Source: an uncultured cyanobacterium
GTDB taxonomy: Bacteria > Cyanobacteriota > Cyanobacteriia > Phormidesmidales > Phormidesmidaceae
Length of the DNA stretch: 64,000 nucleotides
Assembly (NCBI GenBank): GCA_963793265.1
Contig: CAWBZI010000001.1
Coordinates: 224,001-288,000, forward strand
Direction: 5' to 3'
Part shown: positions 37,611 through 47,005 of the stretch, one piece after another
Layout: every line of letters begins with the position of its first letter
Numbering within the stretch: the first letter of the stretch is position 1
Notes under the pieces: model-generated
Databases searched by the model: none
What the model saw: only the letters and a program-made list of their open reading frames with translations
Told to the model about the DNA's origin: nothing
Program-made: the position numbers and the translations under genes

Positions 37611-38636
37611 TTATGGGTTGGATTGCCAGGTTTCGATGTGGGCGATCGCATCCAAAACCCCATTTGAATAAGAGGGCGTTGTGAGCTTTGGCCGCTGAAG
37701 CAAGGGTTCGAGTGTCGCGATCGCCTCTCCTATATTCCCGACTAAACAACCATATTTTTGTATACGCCGGGTCTGACGGTCATAGCGACGAGGAAACGCG
37801 AAGCCGACGAGAGGAATATTGAGCGCAGCGCATTCATGCGTGAGGTTATAGCCACCGCCACCGACTACTGCATTGGCGAGCTGCAAAATATCGATGCCTG
37901 GCCAGTGATATAGCCATAAATCGGCAGGACAAGTGGGTGGGCAAGTCGCAGATAGGCAGCGAATGGTTGATTCGGGGAAAGCCCTTGCTAGGTGCTGCGC
38001 TATCGTGCCAAAGAAAGCAAGTTCTTTAGGCTGACCTGCACCTACAACAACAATGAGTGGCTTATTAGCTGGAATGTTGTATCGAGTTCGTAGCGCTTGA
38101 GTATCTGGCAGATTGTTGTGATCGCGGCTGATCCAAGGGGCAGTTATTTTCGCTTGAGGAAGGTGAGCGAGGGGAACATCGGGTTCGCCGGGGAGGAGGA
38201 AGCCGTTGTAGTGGTGACGGACGAAGGGGGCGATCGCCTTGGCAGAGATGTATTTCGGGTTGAGATCTCTGTGAATGAGAACGTGAGAGACGTGGTGCTG
38301 CTGTGGAATAAGGTCGGCTAGCTCTCCGATCAGGCCGCGGGGAAAGGTGTCAACGATGAGACAGTCGTATTGAATACTCTTTAAAAGAGATTGAATGGAC
38401 TGCCGGGCTTCGGCTGCGCTCAGCCCTTGAGTGCAGGGTTGGTGCAGAGTTAGATTAGGGGTTTGGACAAGTGAAGTGAGACGGGTGGCGTAAGGGCTAT
38501 TAGTGAGTAGATGGACGCGGCGGCGGGTGGCGGCGACTTGAGCAAGGGCGAGGGCTCGGTTAAGGTGGCCCCAGCCGCTGCCGAGGGCGTAGATGAACCA
38601 GCTAGTCGGTATCTTAGCTGGTATCTTAGCTGGCAT
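37611..38636 (-). CDS. GT-B fold glycosyltransferase-like protein (GT28/MurG C-terminal-like)
   Basis: YALGSGWGHLNRALALA, LIVDTFPRG, VGGGGYNLTHE, RRYDRQ. Confidence 0.7.
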   Translation of the reverse strand: MPAKIPAKIPTSWFIYALGSGWGHLNRALALAQVAATRRRVHLLTNSPYATRLTSLVQTPNLTLHQPCTQGLSAAEARQSIQSLLKSIQYDCLIVDTFPRGLIGELADLIPQQHHVSHVLIHRDLNPKYISAKAIAPFVRHHYNGFLLPGEPDVPLAHLPQAKITAPWISRDHNNLPDTQALRTRYNIPANKPLIVVVGAGQPKELAFFGTIAQHLARAFPESTIRCLSATCPPTCPADLWLYHWPGIDILQLANAVVGGGGYNLTHECAALNIPLVGFAFPRRYDRQTRRIQKYGCLVGNIGEAIATLEPLLQRPKLTTPSYSNGVLDAIAHIETWQSNP

Positions 38637-39432
38637 CTAAATCCATTTCGTAGTCGCGATCGCCTTCTTGCTCAAAGCTCGCTGCATCAGATTCGTTGAA
38701 ATCTACGCTGCGTCTGTTGGGATCGTAGCTGTAGTGATCGCGGTCATGATAGTAGTCGTGGCCCCAATAGCCGCGACGGTAGCGGCCATAGTTGGGATAG
38801 TAGGCGTAGTCATCTTGATAGAGATCGCGAGCGGGATCGATCTGACCATTGCGACAGTGGGAACAGCCTGCGGTGGTGGTGCGATTGCAGGGGCGTTTGA
38901 AGAGGAAACCTACTTTGCGATCGCATGGATTCTGAACGCTGACTGTCCCTGCGCTTTCTATGCCTGCGCTTTCTGTTCCTGCGCGGCCTGTTGTATGACT
39001 GACTGCGGCAGGGGTACTTAAGCCCGCAGCAAATCCAGGCGCAAAACCTATTGCAGCCGCAGTCGCAAAGGGATCGGCCTGAGGTTGCGGTGGTGCCTCC
39101 GGCAGCGTCTCTAATAAAGTCACCGTGATTTCAAAAGGGCCGATAGTGAGGCGATCGCCATCGTTCACGGGCTGTATTGAGCCTGCCTTTCCATTCACCA
39201 AAGTGCCGGTGCCTTCCTGGCGATCTGAAATAACGAGCCGTCCTTTGTGCTCTGCCAAAATAGCGTGAAAGGGAATGACCGCATCGCTAGCAAGCACCAT
39301 TCGTCGAATCGCTTTACCTTTAAAGGCGCTAGGCATTTCGCCAAACTCTCGGCCAAAGGCTATTGGGGTTTCTAGCGTTGGCGATCGCACCTGTTGCGTA
39401 TTTGGATCTGTCCACCTAAGCTGCAATCGCAT
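38626..39432 (-). CDS. FHA-domain protein with C-terminal Cys4 and Tyr/acidic-rich domain
   Basis: FHA-like PIAFGR...HAIL...GTLVNG...DGDRLTIGPFEI, then a Pro/Ala linker, CDRKVGFLFKRPC...GCSHC and a Tyr-rich tail ending DYEMDLDAS. Confidence 0.75.
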   Translation of the reverse strand: MRLQLRWTDPNTQQVRSPTLETPIAFGREFGEMPSAFKGKAIRRMVLASDAVIPFHAILAEHKGRLVISDRQEGTGTLVNGKAGSIQPVNDGDRLTIGPFEITVTLLETLPEAPPQPQADPFATAAAIGFAPGFAAGLSTPAAVSHTTGRAGTESAGIESAGTVSVQNPCDRKVGFLFKRPCNRTTTAGCSHCRNGQIDPARDLYQDDYAYYPNYGRYRRGYWGHDYYHDRDHYSYDPNRRSVDFNESDAASFEQEGDRDYEMDLDAS

Positions 39433-39435
39433 TGC

Positions 39436-40149
39436 CTATTGGCCTCCGGCTAAATTCACTGCGTAGGCCAGGCCCGCTTGCTGAGGCAGCGTGAGTACGT
39501 CAAATCCAAAAGCAGCCATTGCAGAAGAAGTCATCGCTGACTTTGTAGAAAGCACGGTGTCTTCGTTAGCATCGCGCAAAGAGAGCTTACCGCCTTTTAC
39601 CTTTACCTTGTACAGTGAGACTTTCTCAGGCGTTTCAATTTCATAGCCATAGTCTCGCACCTTAATTCGATAGATAGACGTATCATCACCATCTTCTAGC
39701 TTCAAATCACCATCTTCTTGAAGCCGCAGTACATAGAGCGTTTGCGCCTGTGCGGCATCTTCTATCTTCCAATACCCATCGTGGCTAACAACATAGCCTA
39801 GCGTTTGATCGTCAGCATCTTTTATTTTCACTTTGTTGTTTTCATCAGCTGTCAACCGCGCCAGCTCATTATCAACACTATCTACTAGCTTGGTACCGTC
39901 TGCTTTGAACTTAAGAGAGAATTTTTCTGAGCCGTCTGCCTGCTTGAACTTAACTTTATCGAGGCTAGCTTGAGGCGTGCTTTGTGGGGCAACTGTAGTC
40001 GCAACTGGCGTTGTGATAGCCGTGTTGGATTGAAGGTTCTCGTCAGCGTTTTTATCCTGGCCGCATCCTAAAACAACAATCGCGATCGCCATCACGGAAA
40101 AGAGGTTGAGCCATACCCTGTAATAGCGACGTTCAGCAGTAGATTTCAT
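39436..40149 (-). CDS. Hypothetical lipoprotein
   Basis: Lipobox VLGC, Thr/Pro linker, repetitive beta-hairpin K(I/L)ED/KD units. Confidence 0.7.
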   Translation of the reverse strand: MKSTAERRYYRVWLNLFSVMAIAIVVLGCGQDKNADENLQSNTAITTPVATTVAPQSTPQASLDKVKFKQADGSEKFSLKFKADGTKLVDSVDNELARLTADENNKVKIKDADDQTLGYVVSHDGYWKIEDAAQAQTLYVLRLQEDGDLKLEDGDDTSIYRIKVRDYGYEIETPEKVSLYKVKVKGGKLSLRDANEDTVLSTKSAMTSSAMAAFGFDVLTLPQQAGLAYAVNLAGGQ

Positions 40150-40197
40150 AGCAAGTGAAGAATAAGAGTAGCGATTCGAGAAAATTTAAAACAGCGA

Positions 40198-41070
40198 TCA
40201 GCCTGTGGCCTTTGAAAGCGCTTTGGAGAGGTTAAGCGCCTGGTAAGCACTCAGCAGCATTTGAGTAATGAGCTGATAGAGATTTTCAGCGGCAGCACCC
40301 ACTTCAGCGGGTGCTTTTACTCGCATGACGAGCTGATGGTCATTGGCTTTTATCTGCTTTAGCGTCATGCCGTGAGGGATGTTGACAGCTTCAGATAGGT
40401 CGGCGGCAAGTACGCTCATCGCACCATATTTTTTGCGGGGATACTTCAGTACGAGCTGAGCTTCACACCCTTTGAATTTGACCTTACGCTTGTGCTTAAT
40501 TTTGCCGCTGCTGCTGCGCTTAGTGCCCGAACGCACCACCGTATGATCTCTCAGCGTGATATCGAACGTCGTACTGTCTAAAAGCTGGCCGCTAATGCGT
40601 AACCAGGGGTCTTCAAAAAAAGCTTGCTTCCAGCCCCGACGCGCAGGATAGGGGCCTTTATGCGTCATTTTGTGTTTGGCAGTTGACTTAGAGAAATCTA
40701 TGCGGATGTTGAAAACAGCGCCTTTTGCCATGTCACGACCCAGCATGTCGCACAGGCGGGGCGGCAGCTTGTATCGCACATCGGTGACATCTAAGCGCCC
40801 TAAATATTGGGCAAGGATGGCAGCGACGATCCCAGTGATGGCTGACAGCACAGTGGCAATAAGCGCAAAGGTAGGCGCTGCGGGTGCCATCAGTACCGTT
40901 AAGAAAGTCAGTACAAAAGCAGAAATTGCGACAGTAGTACAGACGCGCTTCCGCTTTTCAGCAAGCTTATCTTGCGAGGCCACTCGATCCGTATAGACCT
41001 TGAGCTGAACTGCGGAGGCCGACGTTTCGTACAGCGGTTGAGTAGAAAATAAACCTGAGTTAAAAGCCAT
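40198..41070 (-). CDS. Hypothetical two-TM membrane protein with basic C-terminal domain
   Basis: ATG 41070 (MAFNSG...), two TM helices, GTKRSSSGKIKHKRKVKFK. First gene of a tightly packed 4-gene run. Confidence 0.7.
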   Translation of the reverse strand: MAFNSGLFSTQPLYETSASAVQLKVYTDRVASQDKLAEKRKRVCTTVAISAFVLTFLTVLMAPAAPTFALIATVLSAITGIVAAILAQYLGRLDVTDVRYKLPPRLCDMLGRDMAKGAVFNIRIDFSKSTAKHKMTHKGPYPARRGWKQAFFEDPWLRISGQLLDSTTFDITLRDHTVVRSGTKRSSSGKIKHKRKVKFKGCEAQLVLKYPRKKYGAMSVLAADLSEAVNIPHGMTLKQIKANDHQLVMRVKAPAEVGAAAENLYQLITQMLLSAYQALNLSKALSKATG

Positions 41071-41328
41071 AGGGCGCGCTGCTAGTTCGACCTTTTTCCA
41101 AATCTGACTTTTGGTCTGACTTTTGGAAGCGTGATACTTAAGATATCCAGGCGATATCAAAAGTTCTTGATGCGATAATGCCCATTTCTACAAGAAGATC
41201 ACGTCGAAGCAGCAGCAATTTTAAGTTTATATTGACGATTTTTGCGCAAAAACCGTCATATACCTTTGCAAACTCGGGCATCCTTCAAAAGTTCTTGATG
41301 TAAATCAACCTCCAAACGCTGATTTTCC

Positions 41329-42618
41329 ATGACCTTTGACCTGTACGATAGCGACGCACTACCAGCCTTCACGCCTAGAATTGCCTATATTTCGTTTGAT
41401 GTGGTGCCATCTCACAAGGGCGCAGCCGTCCATATTGAGTCATTTGTGCGATCGCTCGCCAACCATTACGGCACCGTCGAACTGGTAACCGTCGCCGCAA
41501 ATTCCACCGCTAGCCCAGCCGTCAACTGGCCAGGCGTTACGCATACTGTGCTGCCCGCTATTGGCAAAACCCTGATAGATAGGGTGATGTGCTTTCGCAG
41601 ACACCTGCGGACTTGGCTACAGGGACAGTGGTTTGATGTGATTCAGGTGCGCTCTATTTTTGAAGGCATGGTGGCGCGTGAGTTTTGTGAGTCGCTGATT
41701 TTTGAAGTGAACGGACTGCCGTCTATTGAGCTGAAGTATCGCTATCCTAAGGTTGCTGAGGATGTAGAGCTGATGCATAAGCTGAAGAGCCAGGAGCAGG
41801 CTTGCTTAGAAGCTGCCGATAAGATTGTGACGCCTAGCCATGTGACCAAAGCCTATCTAGCTGGGCATGGTGTTTGCGATCGCCAAATTCAGGTAATTCC
41901 CAATGGCGTTGACCTATTACTATTCACTGGCCCGGCACCGGCTAAGCCTGGAGTGATTGATACGCTAGAAGTGCTTTACTTTGGTACGCTGTCGACCTGG
42001 CAAGGGGTTGAGCTGGCAATAGAAGCGATCGCCCTCTACCGCCGCGACTTTAACGCGCAGCTAAAAATCGTCGGCCCAGCGCGAGGCAAGCAAGCCAGTC
42101 GCCTACAAAAGCTGGCTCACAAATTGGGAATCGCATCCTCCGTCCAGATTTTTGATGCCTGCTCTCAAGCCGAGCTAGCTGTCTTTATGCATCAGACAGA
42201 CGTAATCGTCGCACCGCTAAAAGCAAACGACCGCAATCTAGTGCAGGGATGCTGCCCCTTGAAAGTGTTAGAAGGTATGGCCTCAGGAACGCCTGTGATC
42301 ACCAGCGATCTCCCGGTCGTCACAGATCTTGGGGAGTCCGAAAAGCACTTTTTGGCCGTTCGCCCCGGTTCGGCTAAGGCTATTAAGGATGCGATGCTGA
42401 GGCTGAGAGTAGATGAAGGGTTGAGGAAGCGGCTGGCGGTGGCGGGGCGATCGCACGTTGAAACGCACTACACCTGGCACCAGGCCCACCGTGACCTAGC
42501 TAGCGTTTACAACCAGCTAAGTTCGCTGAAAACATCCCAAATCCAGACTCAGCGACTTCGGCAGCAGCAGCTCAGCGCGTCTTCCCTCAGACAAATCGGA
42601 CAGATAGCTCAACGATAG
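41329..42618 (+). CDS. GT4 glycosyltransferase
   Basis: IFEVNGLPSIEL, VIPNGVD, YFGTLSTWQG, PLKVLEGMASGTPVI. Confidence 0.9.
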   Translation: MTFDLYDSDALPAFTPRIAYISFDVVPSHKGAAVHIESFVRSLANHYGTVELVTVAANSTASPAVNWPGVTHTVLPAIGKTLIDRVMCFRRHLRTWLQGQWFDVIQVRSIFEGMVAREFCESLIFEVNGLPSIELKYRYPKVAEDVELMHKLKSQEQACLEAADKIVTPSHVTKAYLAGHGVCDRQIQVIPNGVDLLLFTGPAPAKPGVIDTLEVLYFGTLSTWQGVELAIEAIALYRRDFNAQLKIVGPARGKQASRLQKLAHKLGIASSVQIFDACSQAELAVFMHQTDVIVAPLKANDRNLVQGCCPLKVLEGMASGTPVITSDLPVVTDLGESEKHFLAVRPGSAKAIKDAMLRLRVDEGLRKRLAVAGRSHVETHYTWHQAHRDLASVYNQLSSLKTSQIQTQRLRQQQLSASSLRQIGQIAQR

Positions 42619-42981
42619 ATCTATAGGCTCAGGCGGTAAGTGCGTTAGCCGCTCTGACCATTCAATCGCCACAATGCCCAGATCTACCTCTAAGCCGTCC
42701 CAATAGGTTTCTAGAAACAGCGCGTCGGCTTCTGCCGCCGACAGCCGGTATAGATCGATATGGTATAGCGGTAGCCGACCCTGGGTGTATTCATTAATGA
42801 GCGTAAACGTAGGGCTATCGATTTCAGCCACGCCCAAGCCTTGACCAATCCCTTGTACCAGCGTCGTTTTACCACTGCCCAAGTTGCCTTTAAGTAGCAA
42901 AACGCTGCCTGCCGGTAGCTGCTCGCCCAAAGCCTGACCCAATAGCTGAGTTGCCTGCGCATTTGGTAAGTTAATGACCAT
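42517..42981 (-). CDS. tsaE: tRNA threonylcarbamoyladenosine biosynthesis ATPase TsaE
   Basis: LKGNLGSGKTT, SPTFTLINEY, HIDLYRL, IEWSERL; ATG 42981. Confidence 0.95.
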   Translation of the reverse strand: MVINLPNAQATQLLGQALGEQLPAGSVLLLKGNLGSGKTTLVQGIGQGLGVAEIDSPTFTLINEYTQGRLPLYHIDLYRLSAAEADALFLETYWDGLEVDLGIVAIEWSERLTHLPPEPIDLSLSYLSDLSEGRRAELLLPKSLSLDLGCFQRT

Positions 42982-43076
42982 AAGCCAGCACACTCCCGGT
43001 ATCGTACGTCTCAACACTGTATAAACTGTATACGCCTTCTGCTATTCTCTGCCCTGCTCCGAATCAATATTCAGCC

Positions 43077-43745
43077 ATGATCATTACGGTTGCTAGCTTC
43101 AAAGGCGGCGTCGGCAAAACGACAACTGCTATTCACCTTGCAGCCTTCTTGCAGGGGCAGGGCGAAACGCTGCTGGTAGATGCTGATCCTAACCGCTCGG
43201 CACTAGGCTGGGCCAGTCGAGGCGAGCTGCCTTTTGCGGTGATGGACGAGTGGGAAGCTGGGCAAAACGTAAGGCCCAATAGCAACGTAGTCATTGACAC
43301 CCAGGCGCGGCCTACGCCTGAAGACCTCTCAGCGCTAGCAAAAACCTGCGACCTATTGGTGCTGCCAACGACGCCAGACATTTTAGCCCTAGACGCGCTC
43401 GTGCTCACAGTTGAATATCTCAAAAAAATTAGCACAGAGCACTATCGCATATTAATTACGGCTGTTCCACCAAAGCCAAGCAAAGCAGGTGAAGAGGTGA
43501 AGGCGCTTTTGCAGGAGGCTCATCTACCGGTGTTTGAACAAGGGGTTCGGCGGCTGGCGGCGTTTCAGAAGGCCGCGCTGCAAGGGCTGCCGGTGTATTC
43601 GGTGAAAGATCCTAGAGCTGAAGCAGGGTGGCAAGATTATGAGCGGGTGGGTCAGGAAATTTTGGATCTTATGGAATCACGGGCGCTGGACATCGAGCCA
43701 AAAGAGATGCTGATTGAGGGGCCAGAGGAAAGAGATTTCTTTTAG
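43077..43745 (+). CDS. ParA-family ATPase
   Basis: SFKGGVGKTTTAIHLA, VDADPNRS, VIDT. Confidence 0.9.
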   Translation: MIITVASFKGGVGKTTTAIHLAAFLQGQGETLLVDADPNRSALGWASRGELPFAVMDEWEAGQNVRPNSNVVIDTQARPTPEDLSALAKTCDLLVLPTTPDILALDALVLTVEYLKKISTEHYRILITAVPPKPSKAGEEVKALLQEAHLPVFEQGVRRLAAFQKAALQGLPVYSVKDPRAEAGWQDYERVGQEILDLMESRALDIEPKEMLIEGPEERDFF

Positions 43746-43764
43746 GGGCTAACGGTTGCAAGCA

Positions 43765-43803
43765 AAAATGCCGAGCCACAGATCGCTTGTGACTCGGCAT
43801 TTT
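43765..43803. terminator. Bidirectional terminator between parA and HU
   Basis: AAAATGCCGAGCCACA...TGTGACTCGGCATTTT. Confidence 0.75.
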
Positions 43804-43883
43804 ACCCGGTTTCTGTAGAATCTATGCCAATTTTGATTCGGCGAAATTCGTTTAGAGAGAGGGGTTTGAGGTTAAAGATGGCG

Positions 43884-44162
43884 TTACTTTCCGGCAACAA
43901 GCTGCTTAAAGCCTTTACCTGCAGAGAAAGCAGGAACTGTAGTCGCAGGAATTTTGATCGTTTCGCCGGTTTGGGGGTTGCGGCCATCGCGGGCTTTGCG
44001 ATCGCGTGGCTCAAAGCTACCAAACCCAATTAGAGATACCTTATCTCCGTTAGCAACAGACTCCATAATTGACTCAATCGCAGCCGTCACTACCGCATCA
44101 GCGTCTTTTTTAGAAACCTCTGCTTTTTCTGCAACAACATCAATTAGCTCAGCTTTATTCAT
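43884..44162 (-). CDS. hup: Histone-like DNA-binding protein HU
   Basis: MNKAELIDVVAEKA...LIGFGSF...ARDGRNPQTGETIKIPA..PAFSAGK; 92 aa from ATG 44162. Confidence 0.97.
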   Translation of the reverse strand: MNKAELIDVVAEKAEVSKKDADAVVTAAIESIMESVANGDKVSLIGFGSFEPRDRKARDGRNPQTGETIKIPATTVPAFSAGKGFKQLVAGK

Positions 44163-44445
44163 AAGGAGAAACACGAAAGAACATCGATGTAGTTGTAGCA
44201 CATGACTTATTAGGTCACAAGTACTATTTCGCTTATTTTCGGGTGTCTCGGGATGAATAATGTTGATTTTTGGGGCTTTTTAGTCAAGCAGCAGCAGCCT
44301 TTGCATGGGCTGAAGCCACTGATACAGGGGCTTCGTAGCGATTTACTGCCAGTTCTGGCGTGTTGGGAACGTACCGTTTTGCTAAGCGCAGGAATAAACG
44401 TAAAATGCTTAACGAGATATAACAAAACGGTGAGAAAAGTCGCTG

Positions 44446-44802
44446 TCAGCCTGAGTTAGACCCTGTGGGGTCTGGCCCCTCCGTTTGCGAGGAGGACTGC
44501 AAATACCAGCTTGCATAAGGCGTGTTTTTGACCAAATGACGGTTGTAATCAGGCGCGCCATCTTCCCACCAAACCGGCCCTCGCTCGCCTAAGGCTATCT
44601 TTGCCGTGTTGACCTGAGTGCGCGCCCTACGTAAGGCGTCATCATCGTTGTGCTTTTTAGCCTGCTTTACCTGTCTGCGAGCGTCCATTAGCTGATTGAC
44701 TAGCTGCTGCTTAGCCTCTGCCTTCAGGCTGGGATCGGTAGCCCGCCAGAGGCGATCTTTTACAACAAAGTAGCGGCCGTCTGGCGTGGTGGGATAGGTC
44801 AT
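44446..44802 (-). CDS. Conserved hypothetical protein
   Basis: TPDGRYFVV..RLWRATDP...AKIALGERGPVWWEDGAPDYNR, a recognisable widespread small family of unknown function. Confidence 0.75.
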   Translation of the reverse strand: MTYPTTPDGRYFVVKDRLWRATDPSLKAEAKQQLVNQLMDARRQVKQAKKHNDDDALRRARTQVNTAKIALGERGPVWWEDGAPDYNRHLVKNTPYASWYLQSSSQTEGPDPTGSNSG

Positions 44803-44814
44803 GCGAACGAAGAA

Positions 44815-45030
44815 CTATTCTCCTTCTTTAGGTGCGCGGATGACAGATTCAAATTCTATCTTTCGGTGGGTGCCATTACAAAAGGGTTGTGTCGTTGATG
44901 CACCGCAGCGGCAGAGTGCGACAGCTTCTTTGTCAATTGTAAAGTCATTGCCTTCTGCATCGGTAAGCGTAAAAGGGCCTTTAACGAGAAAAGGGCCGCT
45001 GTCTTTAATTGTGATTTGGGTGTCAGCCAT
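44815..45030 (-). CDS. CDGSH-type iron-sulfur domain protein
   Basis: ALCRCGASTTQPFCNGTH; ATG 45030. Confidence 0.9.
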   Translation of the reverse strand: MADTQITIKDSGPFLVKGPFTLTDAEGNDFTIDKEAVALCRCGASTTQPFCNGTHRKIEFESVIRAPKEGE

Positions 45031-45307
45031 GATGAAAAGTCCTCTCAAGTGATTGCTCAGTAGCTAGGCCATTACTGGGCTAGCTACCGAAAAGTAGCTT
45101 ACAGGCAAACGGGATCTCTAGTCCGTTACGCTTACAACTGTATCGCTGAAATATATATCTACTGATAAAAGAAATTCTTTCTCGTGAAGGAAGAAACGGA
45201 AGGAGCGATCGCGATAGCTTTATAACAACAGAGCAAAGCTGGTGAGATCCTGCTTCATCAAGAAGGCAGTCACCAGTGGTTAGCTCAGCGAGTCAACCAA
45301 GAGAAGT

Positions 45308-45661
45308 ATGAATATTAAATCCGTAAAAGAAGCTGACCTGACGGTGAGCACACAAGAAGCAGACACTGGCAACATGGGCCAAAAGCTGTTGATAAGTGGC
45401 GACAACATTGCCTTGCGTATGTGGAACGAACAGCCTGGCGATGCTGAAAACAAGAGTGCAACGGCTCGCAATTATGAAACGGCTGGCTATGTGATTGAAG
45501 GCAAAGCCGAACTCACGCTGGACGGCAAAACTATTACGTTAGAGCCGGGTGTTTCGTGGATAGTGCCACAAGGCGTTGATCACGCTTACAAAATTTTGGA
45601 ACCTTTCCGCGCTGTAGAAGCCACTCACCCGCCAGCAAGAGGCTATAAAACAGGGCAGTAA
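45308..45661 (+). CDS. Cupin domain protein
   Basis: YETAGYVIEGKAEL...LEPGVSWIVPQGVDHAY. Confidence 0.85.
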   Translation: MNIKSVKEADLTVSTQEADTGNMGQKLLISGDNIALRMWNEQPGDAENKSATARNYETAGYVIEGKAELTLDGKTITLEPGVSWIVPQGVDHAYKILEPFRAVEATHPPARGYKTGQ

Positions 45662-45723
45662 AGCTCAATAATTCGCCCGTTCATGTCTACATTGCAACAC
45701 TATCTCCACACTGAGGAACTTTT

Positions 45724-46908
45724 ATGCCATTACTCTCAAAAGCAGAGCTGCGATCGCTCACCGAAAACCAATCATCCCTTTGTATCTCTATTTACCTGCC
45801 CACCCACGAAGCCGGTAACGAGATTCAGCAAGATCATATTCGTTTGAAGAACCGGCTTTCTGAGGCAGAAAGTCAACTGAGCGAGAAAGGTTTGAACGAC
45901 AAAGAGATTCAAGACCTGCTCAAGCCCGCTGCTGACCTGGTAGATAACGGTAACTTTTGGCGGCATCAAAGCAGTGGCCTAGCGCTGTTTATCACTGCCG
46001 ATCTGTTCCGCAGCTATCGAGTGCCGCTGAGCTTTGAAGAACTAACAATTGTGGGCGAGCAGTTTTATACCAAGCCGCTGCTGCCGCTAATTGCTAATAA
46101 CGGCCAGTTCTATGTGCTAGCAGCAAGTCAGAATCAGGTGACGCTGTATCAGGCGACGCGCGATCGCGTTCAGAAGATAAATTTGGGTGATACGCCTGAA
46201 AGCCTCGACGTAGCTCTACGTTTGGACGATCCAGAAGAGTCTCTTCAAAGCCACTCTAGCGGTGGTGCTGGCAACTTTAGCAACGGTTCGGCTATCTTTA
46301 ACGGCCAGGGCGGCGGCAAAGACAGTGAGAACTCAGACATTCTAAGGTTCTTCCACTTAGTATCTGATGGTGTGGAAGATGTGATTAGTGGGCAAACGGC
46401 ACCGCTTGTATTTATGGGCGTGGAGTTTTTGTTTCCACTGTATAAGCAGGCGAACAAGTATCCACATTTGATGGACAAAGCCGTTGACTATCAGCCTGAT
46501 CAGCTAAGCCCAGAAGAAATTCGCGATCGCGCCCTTAAAATAGTTGAGCCCCAGTTTAACGCCGACCGCAAAGCAGCCGCCGATGAGTACGGCAGCTTGC
46601 AGGACAAAGACCAGGCAAGCGCTGATCTTGAAATTATTCTCAACGCAGCCTTTAACGGTCAAATTGATACCTTGTTTATCTCTAAGAATAGTCAGCAGTG
46701 GGGCATCTTTGACATAGAAAGCCGCAAACTGACTTATCAAGATGAACAGACAGAGAGTTCTGAAGAACTGTTGAACCTCGCGGCGATTCAAGCTTTAGCA
46801 ACTGACGCGGAGGTGTATGTAGTAGAACAAAGCGAGATGCCAATAGAAGGCGCTGCTGCTGCGACGATGCGGTATCCGATCGTTAGCCCTGAGCTAGTGA
46901 GTGCGTAA
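45724..46908 (+). CDS. baeRF-type (bacterial archaeo-eukaryotic release factor-like) protein
   Basis: CISIYLPTH, IRLKN, GLALF, Gly-rich loop LQSHSSGG...NGQGGG, PLVFMG, GQIDTLF, AAATMRY. Confidence 0.8.
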   Translation: MPLLSKAELRSLTENQSSLCISIYLPTHEAGNEIQQDHIRLKNRLSEAESQLSEKGLNDKEIQDLLKPAADLVDNGNFWRHQSSGLALFITADLFRSYRVPLSFEELTIVGEQFYTKPLLPLIANNGQFYVLAASQNQVTLYQATRDRVQKINLGDTPESLDVALRLDDPEESLQSHSSGGAGNFSNGSAIFNGQGGGKDSENSDILRFFHLVSDGVEDVISGQTAPLVFMGVEFLFPLYKQANKYPHLMDKAVDYQPDQLSPEEIRDRALKIVEPQFNADRKAAADEYGSLQDKDQASADLEIILNAAFNGQIDTLFISKNSQQWGIFDIESRKLTYQDEQTESSEELLNLAAIQALATDAEVYVVEQSEMPIEGAAAATMRYPIVSPELVSA

Positions 46909-46925
46909 TTGTTGACTTAAACTCC

Positions 46926-46966
46926 AGGCTCTTGTTCGACGTATTTATTTGATCGAACAAGAGCCT
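46926..46966. terminator. Inverted repeat between convergent genes
   Basis: AGGCTCTTGTTCGA / TCGAACAAGAGCCT, a perfect 14-bp stem. A second hairpin lies at about 46973-47001. Confidence 0.65.
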
Positions 46967-47005
46967 AATTAAGCGCTTCAAATCACCAGACGATTGAAGC
47001 GTAGA

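Noticed and set aside
38608..38636. 12-bp direct repeat (PAKI-PAKI) at the start of the GT gene
   Set aside because: Short local duplication with no sign of a target-site duplication or mobile element.
42517..42618. 102-bp convergent overlap of GT4 and tsaE as a regulatory feature
   Set aside because: The GT4 tail looks like non-conserved read-through, possibly another indel; no evidence of function.
43824..44205. Plus-strand ORFs over HU
   Set aside because: Antisense shadows of a highly conserved gene.
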